Below, piece after piece: positions 40,924 through 52,579 of a DNA stretch of 64,000 nt (positions are counted from its first letter, which is position 1; each line of letters begins with the position of its first letter). The stretch comes from an uncultured Chloroflexia bacterium. GTDB taxonomy: Bacteria; Chloroflexota; Anaerolineae; B4-G1; SLSP01. A model generated the notes under the pieces. It searched no databases and was not told the DNA's origin. It saw only the letters and a program-made list of their open reading frames with translations. Location: the NCBI GenBank assembly GCA_963751345.1, contig CAVVUS010000011.1, positions 192,001 through 256,000 on the forward strand, given 5' to 3'. The translations under genes and the position numbers were made by a program.

Positions 40924-42716
40924 ATGGCGACCGGTGAATTCGCACTGGAGAGGGAGTGGCAGTCGGACCGGCGTAGTGCGGCGCGGTGGGTGTTCTCGCA
41001 CGCGTTCCGGCACAAGCTGGCGATCGTGGGGATGTTGGTCGGCGCGCTTGGGAATGCCCTGCTGGCGTCGGCGCAGCCTATCTACATCGGGCGAGCGTTT
41101 GACGCGATCGTCGCGACAACGCCCAATCTGCAAGCTGCTCGGCAAGATGGCGATCTTGGTTGCCGCGACCCAGGTCGTGCGCGGGGCTCTGCTGCAGTTG
41201 ATCCGGAACATCTCGGCGGAGACTCTTGGCCAGCGTATCGAGCGCGACGTTCGCGATGAGCTCTATCTGAGCCTCATCGGCAAGAGCATGGCCTTCCACG
41301 ATTCGCACCCCACCGGAGATCTGATGGCTCGCGCTACGAACGACGTGCGCCAGATCAACTTTCTCTTCAATCCCGGCCTGAACATGGTCATCGGGTCGGC
41401 AAACTTCCTGATCATGCCGCTGATCGTTGCGCCGGGCATCAATCCACAGCTCATCCTGGCACCGGCGATCTATCTGGTCTTCTATGCGGTGGTCGTCTAC
41501 ACCTACCTGGGTACCCTCCGCCCTGCCAGTGATGCCGTTCGCGTTCGCTTTGGCGACATGAACGCGACGTTGGCCGAGGCCGTTGAGGGCGTGGAGACGG
41601 TCAAGGGGGCCGCACAGGAGGACTACGAGATCGAGCGCTTCCGAAAGTCGGTTACCGACTGGCGGGAGGCCTTCGTGTGGCAGCAGGACATTCAGGCCCG
41701 ATTTCTGCCCCGTCTGCTGCTGGCGCTGCTCATCGGCGGCGGCACACTCCACGCCCTCCTGCTCTTTCGCGCGGGCGTTCTGCAGATCGGTGACGTTGTC
41801 GCCTACACCGGTATCCTGGCGCTCTTCGGGTTCCCCACGTGGACGGGCCAGTTCGCCTATCCGCGGGTGGCTTCGGGGCTCGCCAGCGCTCGGCGACTGC
41901 TGGAGTTGATCACCGCCCATACCGATCTCGATGAGAATCCCGAGGGGCACGACGCCCGGATTGAGGGGGCGGTGAGCCTTCGACCATGCCTGGTTCTGTT
42001 ACACACCGCCCGAGGACGGCTGCGAGATCGACGCGCGAGTCTGTTGCCCTGGAGGACATCACGATCCGGGTCGAGCCGGGCCAGACCGTCGCGCTGGTGG
42101 GACAGACGGGCTCGGGCAAGTCCACCATCGCCAAACTGATCAATCGCACGTACGACGTCGATGACGGGCGCGGTCTTGGTGGACGGGATCGACGTGCGAG
42201 CGTGGAGCCTGGCGTCGCTGCGCCGTCAGATCTCGGTGATCGAGCAGGACATCTTCCTCTTCTCCCGCACGATCGCGGAGAACATCGCCTTCGGACACCC
42301 GGAGGCAACTCGCTGAACAGATCGAGGCGGCAGCCAAGGCCGCGCAGGCTCACGATTTCATCGTGAGCTTTGCCGACGGCTATGAGACCGTGGTTGGCGA
42401 GCGCGGTGCGACGCTCTCCGGCGGGCAGCGGCAGCGTATCGCCCTGGCCCGGGCGTTCCTGACGGACCCGGCGATCCTGATCCTGGACGATGCAACGAGC
42501 GCCATCGACAGCGAGACAGAGGACCGCATCCAGCGGGCGATCGAGCGCGCTGCCGAACACCGCACCACTTTTCTCATCACGCATCGTCTCTCGCAGATAC
42601 GCTGGGCGGACCTGATCATCGTGATGGAGCAGGGACACGTGGCTGCCACCGGCACCCACGAGGAATTGATGGCGGCTTCTGAGGCCTACCGCAACATCTT
42701 CGCGCGCTACGAATAG
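40924..42716 (+). CDS. ABC exporter TMD-NBD subunit (degenerate Walker B); several frameshifts
   Basis: Pieced together from overlapping ORF fragments: [34 protein letters not shown]. Confidence 0.85.
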
Positions 42717-42729
42717 GGTGTGACTTGAT

Positions 42730-44582
42730 ATGGGTTTCTTCCGCGGGCTAGAGGGAGAGGAATACGATCGCGAGTACGGCGATCGGGCGCTGATCGAGCG
42801 AATCTATAGGTATTTCCGACCGTATGGCAAGCAGGTGATCATCGCCGCCGTGCTCACGGTCAGCTTGTCGTTCGTCGCGATTGTGCCGCGTATCATCACG
42901 GCCCGTGGGCTGGATGTGCTCGTCGGCAACCGGCGTGATCTCACCATGATCCTGGGCATCGTCGCCGCTGTGCTCCTCAGTGGGGCTTTCGACTGGGGAG
43001 GGACCTGGTTGAACCGCCGCCTCCTTGCCCGTGTGAGCGGCTCGATCATGCAGAAACTGCGTGACGACGCGTTCTCAGCCTCGATACGTCACGATCTCTC
43101 GTTCTTCGACCAATACCCCTCCGGCGGCATCATAAGCCGCATCACGTCGGACACCGAGGAGTTCGCCGGGGTCGTGCAGTTGGTGACCGACTTCCTCGGC
43201 CAGGTGCTGCAGGTGCTCTTCCTGGTCGGCTATCTGTTCAGCATCTCGTGGCGGCTCACCCTGATGGTCCTGGCCTTTGTTCCCCTGGTTCTGGTCGTCG
43301 CCCTCAGCCTGCGGCGCCTGGCACGCAAAGTCACCCGCCAGGGGTTCAGGATGATGGCGCGGGTCAACACCGCCATCCAGGAGGCCGTGACCGGGATCGG
43401 CGTCGCGAAGAACTTCCGCCAGGAAGCAGCCATTTACGATGAGTTCGCGGAGACCAACCGGGAGTCTTATCGGGTCAATCTCCGGCGGGGATACACCCTG
43501 GCCCTCAGCTTCCCGGTGCTGAACGCGCTCTCCGGCATCGGGACCGCCGTCATCGTCTACCTCGGCGGCCGGGCTGCTGCCAGCACCGCGCTGCACGCCG
43601 GGTGATTGGTATCTCTTCATCACCAGCATGGATCGCTTTTGGTTCCCGGTGCTGAGTATCTCGGCGTTCTGGAATCAGTTCCAGAGCGGCTTGTCGGCGG
43701 CCGAGCGCGTCTTCGCGCTGATCGACGCCGAGGCCAAGGTTCAGCAGGTCGACAACAAGCCTCGTCGCGCAGTTGCGGGGCGAGATCGAGTTCGACCGCG
43801 TGCAGTTCCGCTACACCGAACAGGAGAAGGTGCTTCAGGATTTCTCGCTGCACATTCAGCCCGGCGAGAGCGTCGCCTTTGTGGGCCACACGGGCGCCGG
43901 CAAGAGCAGCATCGCCAATCTCATCGCGCGTTTCTACGAGTTTCAGGGCGGCAGGATCCGCATCGATGGGCAGAACATCCGAGCCTTTGACCTCAAGGCG
44001 TATCGAAAGCAGCTTGGGATTGTGTCTCAGGCGCCCTTCCTCTTCTCCGGCACGGTGCGCCATAACATCCGGTACGGACGGGAGGATGTGACCGACGACG
44101 AGATCGAGGAGATCTCGCACCATATCGGCGGCGGAGGATGGCTAGAGACGCTGCCCGATGGTCTGGAGACCGACGTGGGGGAGCGGGGCTCGCAGCTTTC
44201 CATGGGGCAGCGCCAGCTCGTCGCCCTGATGCGCGTGTTGGTGCAGAGGCCGGCGATCTTCATTCTGGATGAGGCGACGGCCAGCATCGACCCCTTCACG
44301 GAGGCCCAGATCCAGGATGCGACGGAGCTGATCCTCGAGCAGAGCACGTCGATCCTGATCGCACACCGCCTCTCGACCATTCGCGCCGTCGACCGCATCA
44401 TCGTGCTGCGGGAGGGAGAGATCATCGAGGAAGGCCGCCACGAGACCCTCATGGAGCGGGGCGGGCACTACGCCGAGCTCTACAACACCTACTTCAGGCA
44501 CCAATCGCCCGATTACCGACCGGCAGCGCCGGAGCACGAGGACGAGAGTTACCTGGAGCTTCTTCCCAGATACCGAGGATAA
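42730..44582 (+). CDS. ABC exporter TMD-NBD partner subunit; frameshifts near 43595 and 43765
   Basis: EEYDREYGD, SRITSDT, GHTGAGKS, LSMGQRQ, ILDEAT, IAHR. Confidence 0.87.
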
Positions 44583-44595
44583 GTGTGAACGCTCA

Positions 44596-45006
44596 ATGAG
44601 ACGGTCGCTCTGGATCTACACCGCGATTGGCGTCGGCCTCTCCATCTCCTTGGCGAGCTCATTTCAGTCCCGTCTGACGATTCACCCCTACGTCACGTGG
44701 GTGGTGGCCAGCAGCATCATAACGTGGGCGCTCTATGCGTGGGACAAGCGGACGGCTGAGCTGGGAAAGCTGCTCAAGGGATGGCGGGTGCCTGAGTTCA
44801 CGCTGAATCTGATGACGCTGCTGGGAGGATTTCCCGGTGCGTGGGTCGGCCGCGCGATGTTCAACCACAAGACCAATGTGAAGCGGCACCAGAGCATCTT
44901 GGTTGTCTTGGTCGCGAGTGTCGTGCTTCACGGCCTGGTGGTCGCGCGGCTTCTCTATGGCCCGCCGCTTGCCCTCTGGCCCCCGGAAAACTGGCTGACG
45001 TTCTAA
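44596..45006 (+). CDS. DUF1294 family membrane protein
   Basis: LYAWDK..WRVPE..LLGGFPGAW..F-HKT. Confidence 0.85.
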   Translation: MRRSLWIYTAIGVGLSISLASSFQSRLTIHPYVTWVVASSIITWALYAWDKRTAELGKLLKGWRVPEFTLNLMTLLGGFPGAWVGRAMFNHKTNVKRHQSILVVLVASVVLHGLVVARLLYGPPLALWPPENWLTF

Positions 45007-46446
45007 GGTCGCAGCGAGGAGGGCTGACGAGATTCAACCACGTCGTCGCGGATCGTCCTGTACCCCGCCTGCATCTGCTTCAGCTCCTCGCGGTCGATCT
45101 CGTGTTCCCCGTAGTGAACGCGCATATAGGCATCGGTGATCCTCTGTAGCATCTCCTGATGGCCACCGAACGCCCCGACCAGGTCCTCGACGTAGTTGTC
45201 CGGCGACTGGTACTTCTTGCGCGTGTATCCTCGCTGGTCGGCCATCCGGCTGAGATTGGCGTAGATGTTCTGGATTGAGATCGCTGCCAGGAGCTGCTGA
45301 CCGACGCCGACCCGCCGCGCCAGATCGAGCATCTCCTTCAGTTGGGAGAGCCCCCGTCCGAGCAGAGAATCGCCGCGCGTTGCCCGCCGTCTGACTTCCG
45401 CGCGCACCGGTTCGTGCCGCCGTGGCCGCACGATGCGACTCACCAGCAAGACAATGCCGGCTGCGACGGCGATGAGCAGCACTATAGCGCCGATGCGCAG
45501 AGCGGTCAGAACCCACGGCGGCAGGGCCGACAGCGTCGAGGTGATACCCACGTTGTCCTCCAGAAGGTCGGCAGCGGAGGGCAGCGTCGCGAGCGCCGGC
45601 GCGTCGCGTGAACCAAAGAGGCTAAACGCAGCCTCGATGACCGCGATCATCGTCGGATAGACCAGGAAGACGATGGCCAACGTGACCTCGAGCAGGAACA
45701 ACAGCAGCAGACTGAAGCCTTTCTCGGCCAGGGGCGTGAGGAAATCAGCGGTCGTCAGCAGCGGCACCAAGCCGATGACGCAGATCGCGGCGATAAGCAG
45801 CACGATCTGCAGGGTGACGGGACGCGGCATGAACGCGCCCGTTGAAGCTGCGTTGGCCGCCTTCTCGTCCGTATGGCTTATGAGAAGAACGAGGAGCCCC
45901 AGCGGGTAGCATGCGACCAGGACCGGGAATGGGTGTGCTGCGGGATTGCGGCTGCTCGCCACTGCGACGATCGCCGACAGGATCCAGAGCCAGCGGACGT
46001 TTCCCTTGAGCCGGGAGAAGGGCAAGCTTCGTCCCGAGGCCTGCAGCGCCCGCGCCCAGAGCAACAGCGTTTGCCAAGAAGGCGAGCAGCTCGCGCGGAA
46101 CTCCCGCATTGAATGCCAGGAGATTGTGCCAGGTCGACGCCAGCCAGGATAGATCGCCCAGGGGCAGCCGGGGATAGACCACGATCCTCAGCAGGACCAG
46201 GTAGCTCACCACGATGGCGGCCAGCACTCGCCATCTGAAGCCTGCATCGCTCAGCTTCATCGAGTTCATCAGGTCGATGATGGCCATCCACAGGCACTGC
46301 ATCCCCCAGAGGCCAACGGCCAGCAACCAGGTGGGCGTCGAGAGTGACGGGCCCGCCAGCCAGGAGACTGCAAGGGCCAACACGGCGGACTCCAGCCCTG
46401 CGAGGCCGATGGTGACCCACCGCTGGCGCCGATCCCAGAGCATCAC
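45003..46446 (-). CDS. DUF4129-type membrane protein; frameshifted near 46000-46100
   Basis: Multiple TM helices, C-terminal IY..L...RG..R...QSP..Y and ITDAYMRVHYG; follows moxR-DUF58. Confidence 0.7.
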
Positions 46447-47858
46447 GGGTTCTGCGCCTGCACCAGCTCGTCCGCCACCATCACATTGTCCGCCACAGGC
46501 CCGATCCGGTAGACCCTGATGTCGAGCTGCTCTCTCGTCCGGGGGCGCTCGTCGGGGCGGGGTGGATCATCCAGTGAGTAGACCAGCACCTTCCGTCCGG
46601 ACTTTGCCAGGGTGCCAAGGGCCTCCCAGAGGCTCCCGTACGTGACAGGGGTCACAATCGCCAGCGTCGCTCCCCATGGCAATCCCGGCGCCTTGCGGAG
46701 TAGGAAGTCCTCAATTGGCCGGCTGGCATAGGGTGTCACGGCAGCCAGCAGCTCGAGGATGTTCGTCAGTTGGCCCCGACTGCGCCCCGGCAGCAGGCGG
46801 ATGTCCTGGTCACTGCCGGGCAGATAACCGTTTGCCATCACCCCCACGGGGAGCCGCAGCTCGGTCGCGAGCAGGGCCAGAGTCCCTGCGACGCTGACGG
46901 CCAGCTCGTGCCTGGCTTCGACGATGCCCTCCCAGTGATGCTCCAGTGTGGCGACGTTGAGGATGACCTGGATCTGAGGCTCCTCGCTGGGCTCGTAGAC
47001 ACGGCTCAGGAGATGCTGATGTTTTGCTGACGCCTTCCAATGCACGCGTTTCATCGCGTCGCCGGGCTGCCAATCGCGAATGCCCGCGGTGCGCAGGGGA
47101 TCCTCGAAGAGACGCTGCTCGGAGCCGCGCTCGCCGAAGGGATTCTTGGCCGGCAGCCCCAGCTCCGCGGCTGTGAAGAGCCGGGGGTAGATGATCAGCC
47201 GGTGCTCCTTCTCCAGCTTTGCCTTCCGTTCGAAGAACCCGAACCCGTCGCCTGTGGTCAGGGTCGCTGGGCCATAGGTTGCGTAGCCTCGCTTGGTGCA
47301 CCGGATCTCGAACGTGCGCTCCAACGTCTGCTGGGCGCCGGCTATCCACGAGGAGGTTAGCTCGCCCTGGTTCGTGGCGCGGTTCACCGGGATGGCCGTG
47401 CCGACCACGGGCAAATGGGCGGGGAAGATGTCGACCACTCGGAGCCAGGTGACCGGGATCGGCTTCCGGTTGTGTACCCGCAGGGTGAGCGTCACCGTCT
47501 CGCCCAGGAATGCGCGGGTTTCGTCGGGGGCGCCGCTGAGACCCTCGACGTCGTGGAATTCGCGCTCATACGTCAGGCCGTAGAGGCCCAGCTTCGACCA
47601 CGCCCAGGCGGCGCCGACGCTGAGGCCCAGCAGCGACGCCGCGGCGATCAGCATGCGGCTCTGCAGCAAGACGCCGGCCACGGCAAAGAGGATGGCCGTG
47701 CTCAGCCACGGCTTCGCAGTGCTCGTCTCCTCCAGGATCTTGAAGTGGATGGGACCGCCGGACGCCGGCGACGCGTCCTGCGTTTGGTGATCTCCGGAGG
47801 TGCGGTCTGCACCTGCCTTGACCATTCTCTGTCCCTCAGCGCGCTCCGCCACGGCCAT
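46443..47858 (-). CDS. DUF58 domain protein
   Basis: GIRDWQPGDAMKRVHWKASA, RVYEP. Confidence 0.88.
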   Translation of the reverse strand: MAVAERAEGQRMVKAGADRTSGDHQTQDASPASGGPIHFKILEETSTAKPWLSTAILFAVAGVLLQSRMLIAAASLLGLSVGAAWAWSKLGLYGLTYEREFHDVEGLSGAPDETRAFLGETVTLTLRVHNRKPIPVTWLRVVDIFPAHLPVVGTAIPVNRATNQGELTSSWIAGAQQTLERTFEIRCTKRGYATYGPATLTTGDGFGFFERKAKLEKEHRLIIYPRLFTAAELGLPAKNPFGERGSEQRLFEDPLRTAGIRDWQPGDAMKRVHWKASAKHQHLLSRVYEPSEEPQIQVILNVATLEHHWEGIVEARHELAVSVAGTLALLATELRLPVGVMANGYLPGSDQDIRLLPGRSRGQLTNILELLAAVTPYASRPIEDFLLRKAPGLPWGATLAIVTPVTYGSLWEALGTLAKSGRKVLVYSLDDPPRPDERPRTREQLDIRVYRIGPVADNVMVADELVQAQNP

Positions 47859-47863
47859 CTCGG

Positions 47864-48802
47864 CTACTCGACGACAGGAACGGGGACGGCCTCGATGATC
47901 TCGGCAATCACCTGGCCCGGCGTTCGGCCACGGAGCCGCACCTGCGGGCTGATATGCACCCTGTGGGTCAACACAGGGGGACAGAGGCGCTGGACGTCAC
48001 TCGGCACGACGAAATCGCGTCCCTTCAGTGCAGCGAGAGCCTGCGAGGCGCGGAACAACGCCAGCGATCCGCGCGGTGAGACCCCCAGGGCCACCGAGGG
48101 GTGATCGCGCGTCGTCCTGACCACCTCCAGGATGTAGTGTCGCACGTCGTCGCTCACGTGGATGGTCCTGACCTGCTTCTGGAGCTCTGCGATAGCCTCG
48201 TTCGAGACCACAGGGCCGAGGCCGGCCAGGGGATCGTCGATCTGGTAACGCAGCAGGATGGTGTCCTCTTCCTCGATAGTTGGGTATCCCAGCTCGATCT
48301 GCATCAGGAACCTATCCATCTGGGCCTCGGGTAGGGGAAACGTCCCTTCCAGTTCGATAGGGTTCTGTGTCGCGATGACGAGGAAGGGACGGGGCAGTTG
48401 GTAGGTCGCGCCGTCGACCGTGACCTGGTATTCCTGCATCGCCTCCAGGAGGCTCGACTGCGTTCGCGGGGTTGCCCGGTTGATCTCATCCGCGAGCACG
48501 ATCTGGCTGAGGATGGGACCGGGACGAAACTCAAAGTCCTGTGCCTTCTGGTTGAACATGCTCATGCCCGTCACGTCGCTGGGCAGCAGATCCGGGGTGA
48601 ATTGGATGCGTGCAAAGGAGCAATCAAGACTGCGCGCCAGCGCCTTCGCCAGCGTCGTCTTCCCGATCCCGGGAACGTCCTCCAGCAGGACGTGCCCCTC
48701 GACCAGCAGTGAGACGAGAAGCAGGTCGACGACACCGGATTTCCCGATGATGACCTTTGCCACGTTGCGCCGCACGGTCTCCGCGAACGCTGTGAACTGC
48801 AT
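47864..48802 (-). CDS. moxR: MoxR family AAA+ ATPase
   Basis: LLEDVPGIGKT, RIQFTPDLLPSD, DEINRATP, ATQNPIE, LPEAQMDRF. Confidence 0.93.
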   Translation of the reverse strand: MQFTAFAETVRRNVAKVIIGKSGVVDLLLVSLLVEGHVLLEDVPGIGKTTLAKALARSLDCSFARIQFTPDLLPSDVTGMSMFNQKAQDFEFRPGPILSQIVLADEINRATPRTQSSLLEAMQEYQVTVDGATYQLPRPFLVIATQNPIELEGTFPLPEAQMDRFLMQIELGYPTIEEEDTILLRYQIDDPLAGLGPVVSNEAIAELQKQVRTIHVSDDVRHYILEVVRTTRDHPSVALGVSPRGSLALFRASQALAALKGRDFVVPSDVQRLCPPVLTHRVHISPQVRLRGRTPGQVIAEIIEAVPVPVVE

Positions 48803-48900
48803 ACCATCACTCCTAACACAGAAGATGAGTCACAAAACAGACACTACATCATAGCACAAACGGCACCCGCGGCACCCACAAAACGGGATATAGGTGTGTT

Positions 48901-49022
48901 TCAGGATAGGGGCGAGTCGTCATCCTGAACGAAGTGAAGGATCTCCGCCTTGCGGTTACGGCTGCATCCGTGGACAGAGATCATTCGCCGGGGCGGAAGA
49001 CGGGGCACCGCCCCGTCTCTAC
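48901..49022. repeat. Composite of REP-like palindromic elements
   Basis: GTCATCCTGAACGAAGTGAAGGATCTC (48919-48945) with a degenerate partner GAGATCATTCG, and hairpin CGGAAGACGGGGCACCGCCCCGTCTCTAC (48994-49022). Confidence 0.65.
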
Positions 49023-49074
49023 AAGAGGGCGGCGTGCTCGGCGTGCTGTATCCGGCAATTGTCCCTGATACACG

Positions 49075-49107
49075 ACAAGCGCCCGGCTCGCGGTGCCGGG
49101 CGCTTGT
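49075..49107 (-). terminator. Hairpin at the 3' end of the catabolic locus
   Basis: ACAAGCGCCCGGC/GCCGGGCGCTTGT 13-bp stem. Confidence 0.6.
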
Positions 49108-49121
49108 AGGCGGATGACGCG

Positions 49122-50549
49122 TTAGTCGATACAGCGGACCCGCAGGGCCAAGTACGGCATGCCCGGCAGATCGATACGCACGGTACCGGAGACCGTACCC
49201 TGGATCGGGGTCACGGTCATCTCCCAGGTGTCGATGACGTCGACCGCATAGTGTCTGTCCGCCGGCAGCCGCAGCGTCTTGGCTGCAGGCCGATGGCGGC
49301 CCAGGTAGATCAGGCGATAGGTGTCGTCCCCTGCTTGGGTGAGATCCCAATCGGCCTTGTATGGGTCGATGGCCGGCCCTGCTTGCATGATGTCGCGGAG
49401 GAAGGCGATCCTCACCGGGCTCTGACCGTGGAGCACGCCGCCCTTGGACCACCATAGGACGTCCTCGGGGTGCAGATAGGTCTCTCCGTGACCGACGTAG
49501 CCGCCTCGCGCGCAGCCCTCCCAGAACCGGTGTACCATCTCCTGAGCCGTGATGTTGCCCCAGTTGTTCGGGATGTTGCCCTCATACTGACACTCGTCGA
49601 CGACCACAGGCTTGTGGTACTGCTCGCGCCACTGTGTGACGCGCTCCAGGTCCGAGTGCTGGATGCTGCAGTGCGTGACCCAGGGCTTGTTGTGATCGTA
49701 GAACTCGCGGCAGTTGTGGATGGATCTTGGATGCTGATAGGGATCGTAGGTCTGCACGATTCGGAAGAACCGGTCCCAGTCCGGCATCGACTTGGCCTTC
49801 ATCAGGTCGTACTCATTGGCCATCGACCACCAAACGTTCCGGTATGCGGCCACGCGCGCGATCAGATAGCGCAGATAGCGGTCGTCGACGTCGGCCGGCA
49901 TTGTGCTGTATCCCCAACGGTCGTAGGGATGGAAGAGGATGAGATCCGCCTCGATGCCCAGCGCGCGAAGATCGCCGATGCGCTGCTCCAGATGCCGGAA
50001 GAACGCAGGGTTGAAGCGCTCGAAGTCGAAGCTGCCGTCGGCGTTCCGCTCGAAGGCGTGGTACACCGGCTCGTTCTCGTTGTAGGTATAGTGTTTCGGG
50101 AAGACGCACATCCGCAGCTTGTTGAACGGCGCGGTGCCGAGGGTCGCCAGCGTCTGTGTCTCCAGGGCGTCGCCCTGGTGCACCCACGCGTAGCAGGTCG
50201 TGCCGAACGAGAAATGGGGCGTCCCATCTTCGTATCGGAAGTGGTAGGTCCTATCGGTCCGCACCGGGCCGTGATTGCCGGCGTTCTCAGGTGTGCAGAT
50301 GAAGATGCCGCTTTGCCCATCCAGCGAGGGGACGTTGCTTTGTGTGGTGAAGCGCCACTCGCCCACGGCGTCGGGCATAAAGCGCAGCTTGTAGGTGCCG
50401 TCGCCGTCGTAGAACCCCTCGACCTCAACGCGACGGTTCTTGTAGCTGAACGTTGCCCCGAGCTCGACGTCGACAAATGGATTGCCCTCCCGAGGCCCCG
50501 CGAGGGTCAGCTCGAAGATTCCCCACTTCTCAGTGCTACCGTTCTGCAT
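49122..50549 (-). CDS. DUF5060-DUF4038-DUF5605 putative glycoside hydrolase (apiosidase/GH140-related fold)
   Basis: [50 protein letters not shown]. Confidence 0.8.
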   Translation of the reverse strand: MQNGSTEKWGIFELTLAGPREGNPFVDVELGATFSYKNRRVEVEGFYDGDGTYKLRFMPDAVGEWRFTTQSNVPSLDGQSGIFICTPENAGNHGPVRTDRTYHFRYEDGTPHFSFGTTCYAWVHQGDALETQTLATLGTAPFNKLRMCVFPKHYTYNENEPVYHAFERNADGSFDFERFNPAFFRHLEQRIGDLRALGIEADLILFHPYDRWGYSTMPADVDDRYLRYLIARVAAYRNVWWSMANEYDLMKAKSMPDWDRFFRIVQTYDPYQHPRSIHNCREFYDHNKPWVTHCSIQHSDLERVTQWREQYHKPVVVDECQYEGNIPNNWGNITAQEMVHRFWEGCARGGYVGHGETYLHPEDVLWWSKGGVLHGQSPVRIAFLRDIMQAGPAIDPYKADWDLTQAGDDTYRLIYLGRHRPAAKTLRLPADRHYAVDVIDTWEMTVTPIQGTVSGTVRIDLPGMPYLALRVRCID

Positions 50550-50595
50550 GGTCGTGTCCTCCACGGTTGGCGACTGGCGGCTTTGCGGACGACTA

Positions 50596-51486
50596 TCACT
50601 CGGCGATGAAGGAATTCGTCAGTGTGCCCAGGTCGCCAACCTCGATTGTGATCTTGTCGCCCGGCTTCATCCAGACCTTCTCCTTCATGCCGAGGATCAC
50701 GCCCTCGGGCGTGCCGGTCAGGATGACGTCGCCCGGCTTGAGCACCATATAGCGGCTGGCGTAGCTAACGATCTCGGCGACCGTGAAGACCATATCAGCG
50801 GTGTTGGAGTTCTGGCGCAACTCCCCGTTGAGCCAGCTCTTGGTCGTCAATTGCTGGGGATCCGGGACCTCGTCCGCGGTCACCAGGTAAGGGCCGATGG
50901 GGCAGAACTTGTCCATCGTCTTGCCCAGCAGCCACTGGCTCGTGCGCATCTGCAGATCGCGCGCGCTGACGTCGTTGGCATTGCAGTAGCCAAGGACATA
51001 GTCCAGCGCCTTATCCACCGATACGTGCTTGGCCGTCTTGCCCATGACGACCGCAAGTTCGACCTCGTAGTCGTACTCGATGGCCTCGGCGCTAAGCGGG
51101 ATCACCTCGCCGTGGCCGGCGAGCGCGTTATTGAACTTCGAGAAGAGTACCGGGAACTCGGGAACCTCGGCACCGGATTCGGCCGCGTGCCGCCGGTAGT
51201 TCAGCCCGACACACAGGATCTTCTCGGGATTGTGGACACAGGGGCCGAACTGAAGTGCGGACTCATCCAGCATCCATGCGGCGCCCTTGGCTTTTGGCAT
51301 CGCCTCAGCCAGGAGGCTGGCCAGATCCGGCACGGCGCTCAGCCCACGTGAGAAGACGGCGGCTGGTGTGGTGGGCACGTCGTCGCGCTCCAGGGCCGCC
51401 GCGGCAGCGCGTACGTCGAGCACCCCCATGGCTGTCTTGATGCCGAGCGACGTGCCTCTTAGCGATTTGAACGTAAGTAGTCTCAT
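50596..51486 (-). CDS. Fumarylacetoacetate hydrolase family protein
   Basis: [31 protein letters not shown]. Confidence 0.92.
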   Translation of the reverse strand: MRLLTFKSLRGTSLGIKTAMGVLDVRAAAAALERDDVPTTPAAVFSRGLSAVPDLASLLAEAMPKAKGAAWMLDESALQFGPCVHNPEKILCVGLNYRRHAAESGAEVPEFPVLFSKFNNALAGHGEVIPLSAEAIEYDYEVELAVVMGKTAKHVSVDKALDYVLGYCNANDVSARDLQMRTSQWLLGKTMDKFCPIGPYLVTADEVPDPQQLTTKSWLNGELRQNSNTADMVFTVAEIVSYASRYMVLKPGDVILTGTPEGVILGMKEKVWMKPGDKITIEVGDLGTLTNSFIAE

Positions 51487-51497
51487 CTCTTCCCCCT

Positions 51498-52469
51498 CTA
51501 TAGGTTCTCAGTTGTTAACCTGCCGTCGGCCAACGCCGTGCGGAAGGTGGCGATGGTCGACGCCACGCCCTGATCGAGGCCGGTGTAGGAAAGCGAACCG
51601 AGCAGCTCTGCGAGGCGCGAGTCGTCCTGACCGTCAGGGAAGGGCAGCGGCGTTGGGTCATAGGAGATGGTCCCCTTGGCTGAGGGCACGGCAGCCTCGA
51701 TCGCGCCCACAACCTCACCCATATCGACGACCGACCCCCTGACGTTGTAGACCTCGGCGCCCTCGAAGCCGACGTCCGCGACCTTGACGAAGAGCCCGGC
51801 GATGTCCTCGGTATACTGCATGCCGCTGCGCCCGCCGTACGTGATGTGGTAGGGCAGCCCTGCTGCTGCGGCCAGCATAGCTTTGGTCGGGGTGGACGTC
51901 ATCCCCTGGTCGCGACCTGGGCCGTAGATCACGTAAGGCCGCAGGCCGATGCTGCTCAGGCCGTAGTCCCACCAGAAGACTCTGCTGGTCGACTCGTTGG
52001 CCTGCTTGAAGACGCCGTAGAGCGTTCTGGGTTTCAGAAGATCGTCCGGCTGGATGAGCGCTCCGGCGTACTCTTCCCTCAGCCCATACGCCGCCACACT
52101 GCTGGCGTAGACGACGCGCTTGAGCTCAAGCTGCCGCGCGACCTCAAAGACGTTCACCGTGCCGACGACGTTGACCCGTGCGCCCAGGGCGGGATTGGCC
52201 TTGCAGGCGGGCACCTGCAGCGCGGCAAGGTGGATGATGTCGGTGACACCCGCGCCCTCGGCCAGGCTCAGCAGTTGCTTGAGGTCCGTGATGTCGCCCT
52301 TGGCGAAGTGCACCTGCCCCAGTTCATCCGGCGTCATGATCAGTCTCATGCGGTGTGGGTCGTCGGCCAGATCGAAGGCCGTGACCGACCTGCCTTGCCT
52401 GACAAGCGTCCTGACGACCCACGATCCGATGCATCCCAGGGCTCCCGTCACGAGAAAATGTCTATTCAT
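51498..52469 (-). CDS. NAD-dependent epimerase/dehydratase (extended SDR)
   Basis: VTGALGCIG, HLAA, YGVFK, YGPGR. Confidence 0.88.
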   Translation of the reverse strand: MNRHFLVTGALGCIGSWVVRTLVRQGRSVTAFDLADDPHRMRLIMTPDELGQVHFAKGDITDLKQLLSLAEGAGVTDIIHLAALQVPACKANPALGARVNVVGTVNVFEVARQLELKRVVYASSVAAYGLREEYAGALIQPDDLLKPRTLYGVFKQANESTSRVFWWDYGLSSIGLRPYVIYGPGRDQGMTSTPTKAMLAAAAGLPYHITYGGRSGMQYTEDIAGLFVKVADVGFEGAEVYNVRGSVVDMGEVVGAIEAAVPSAKGTISYDPTPLPFPDGQDDSRLAELLGSLSYTGLDQGVASTIATFRTALADGRLTTENL

Positions 52470-52508
52470 GTCTGTTCCTTCCTATCACTCGATCTCCTCA
52501 CGCCAAGA

Positions 52509-52568
52509 AGACCTTTGGGGTTTCCTTCACAACCAGGTGTCTACTCGACGAGGAAACCCCAAAGGTCT
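52509..52568. repeat. Perfect 18-bp inverted repeat in an intra-operon spacer
   Basis: AGACCTTTGGGGTTTCCT-N24-AGGAAACCCCAAAGGTCT. Confidence 0.8.
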
Positions 52569-52579
52569 CTGCGGGCTAC

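Noticed and set aside
43595-43610. In-frame TGA as possible selenocysteine or readthrough in the ABC exporter
   Set aside because: The coding sequence continues in a different frame (TPGDWYLF), so this is an indel rather than recoding
45003-48802. moxR-DUF58-DUF4129 as a novel system
   Set aside because: Widespread, commonly annotated module with no unusual component visible here
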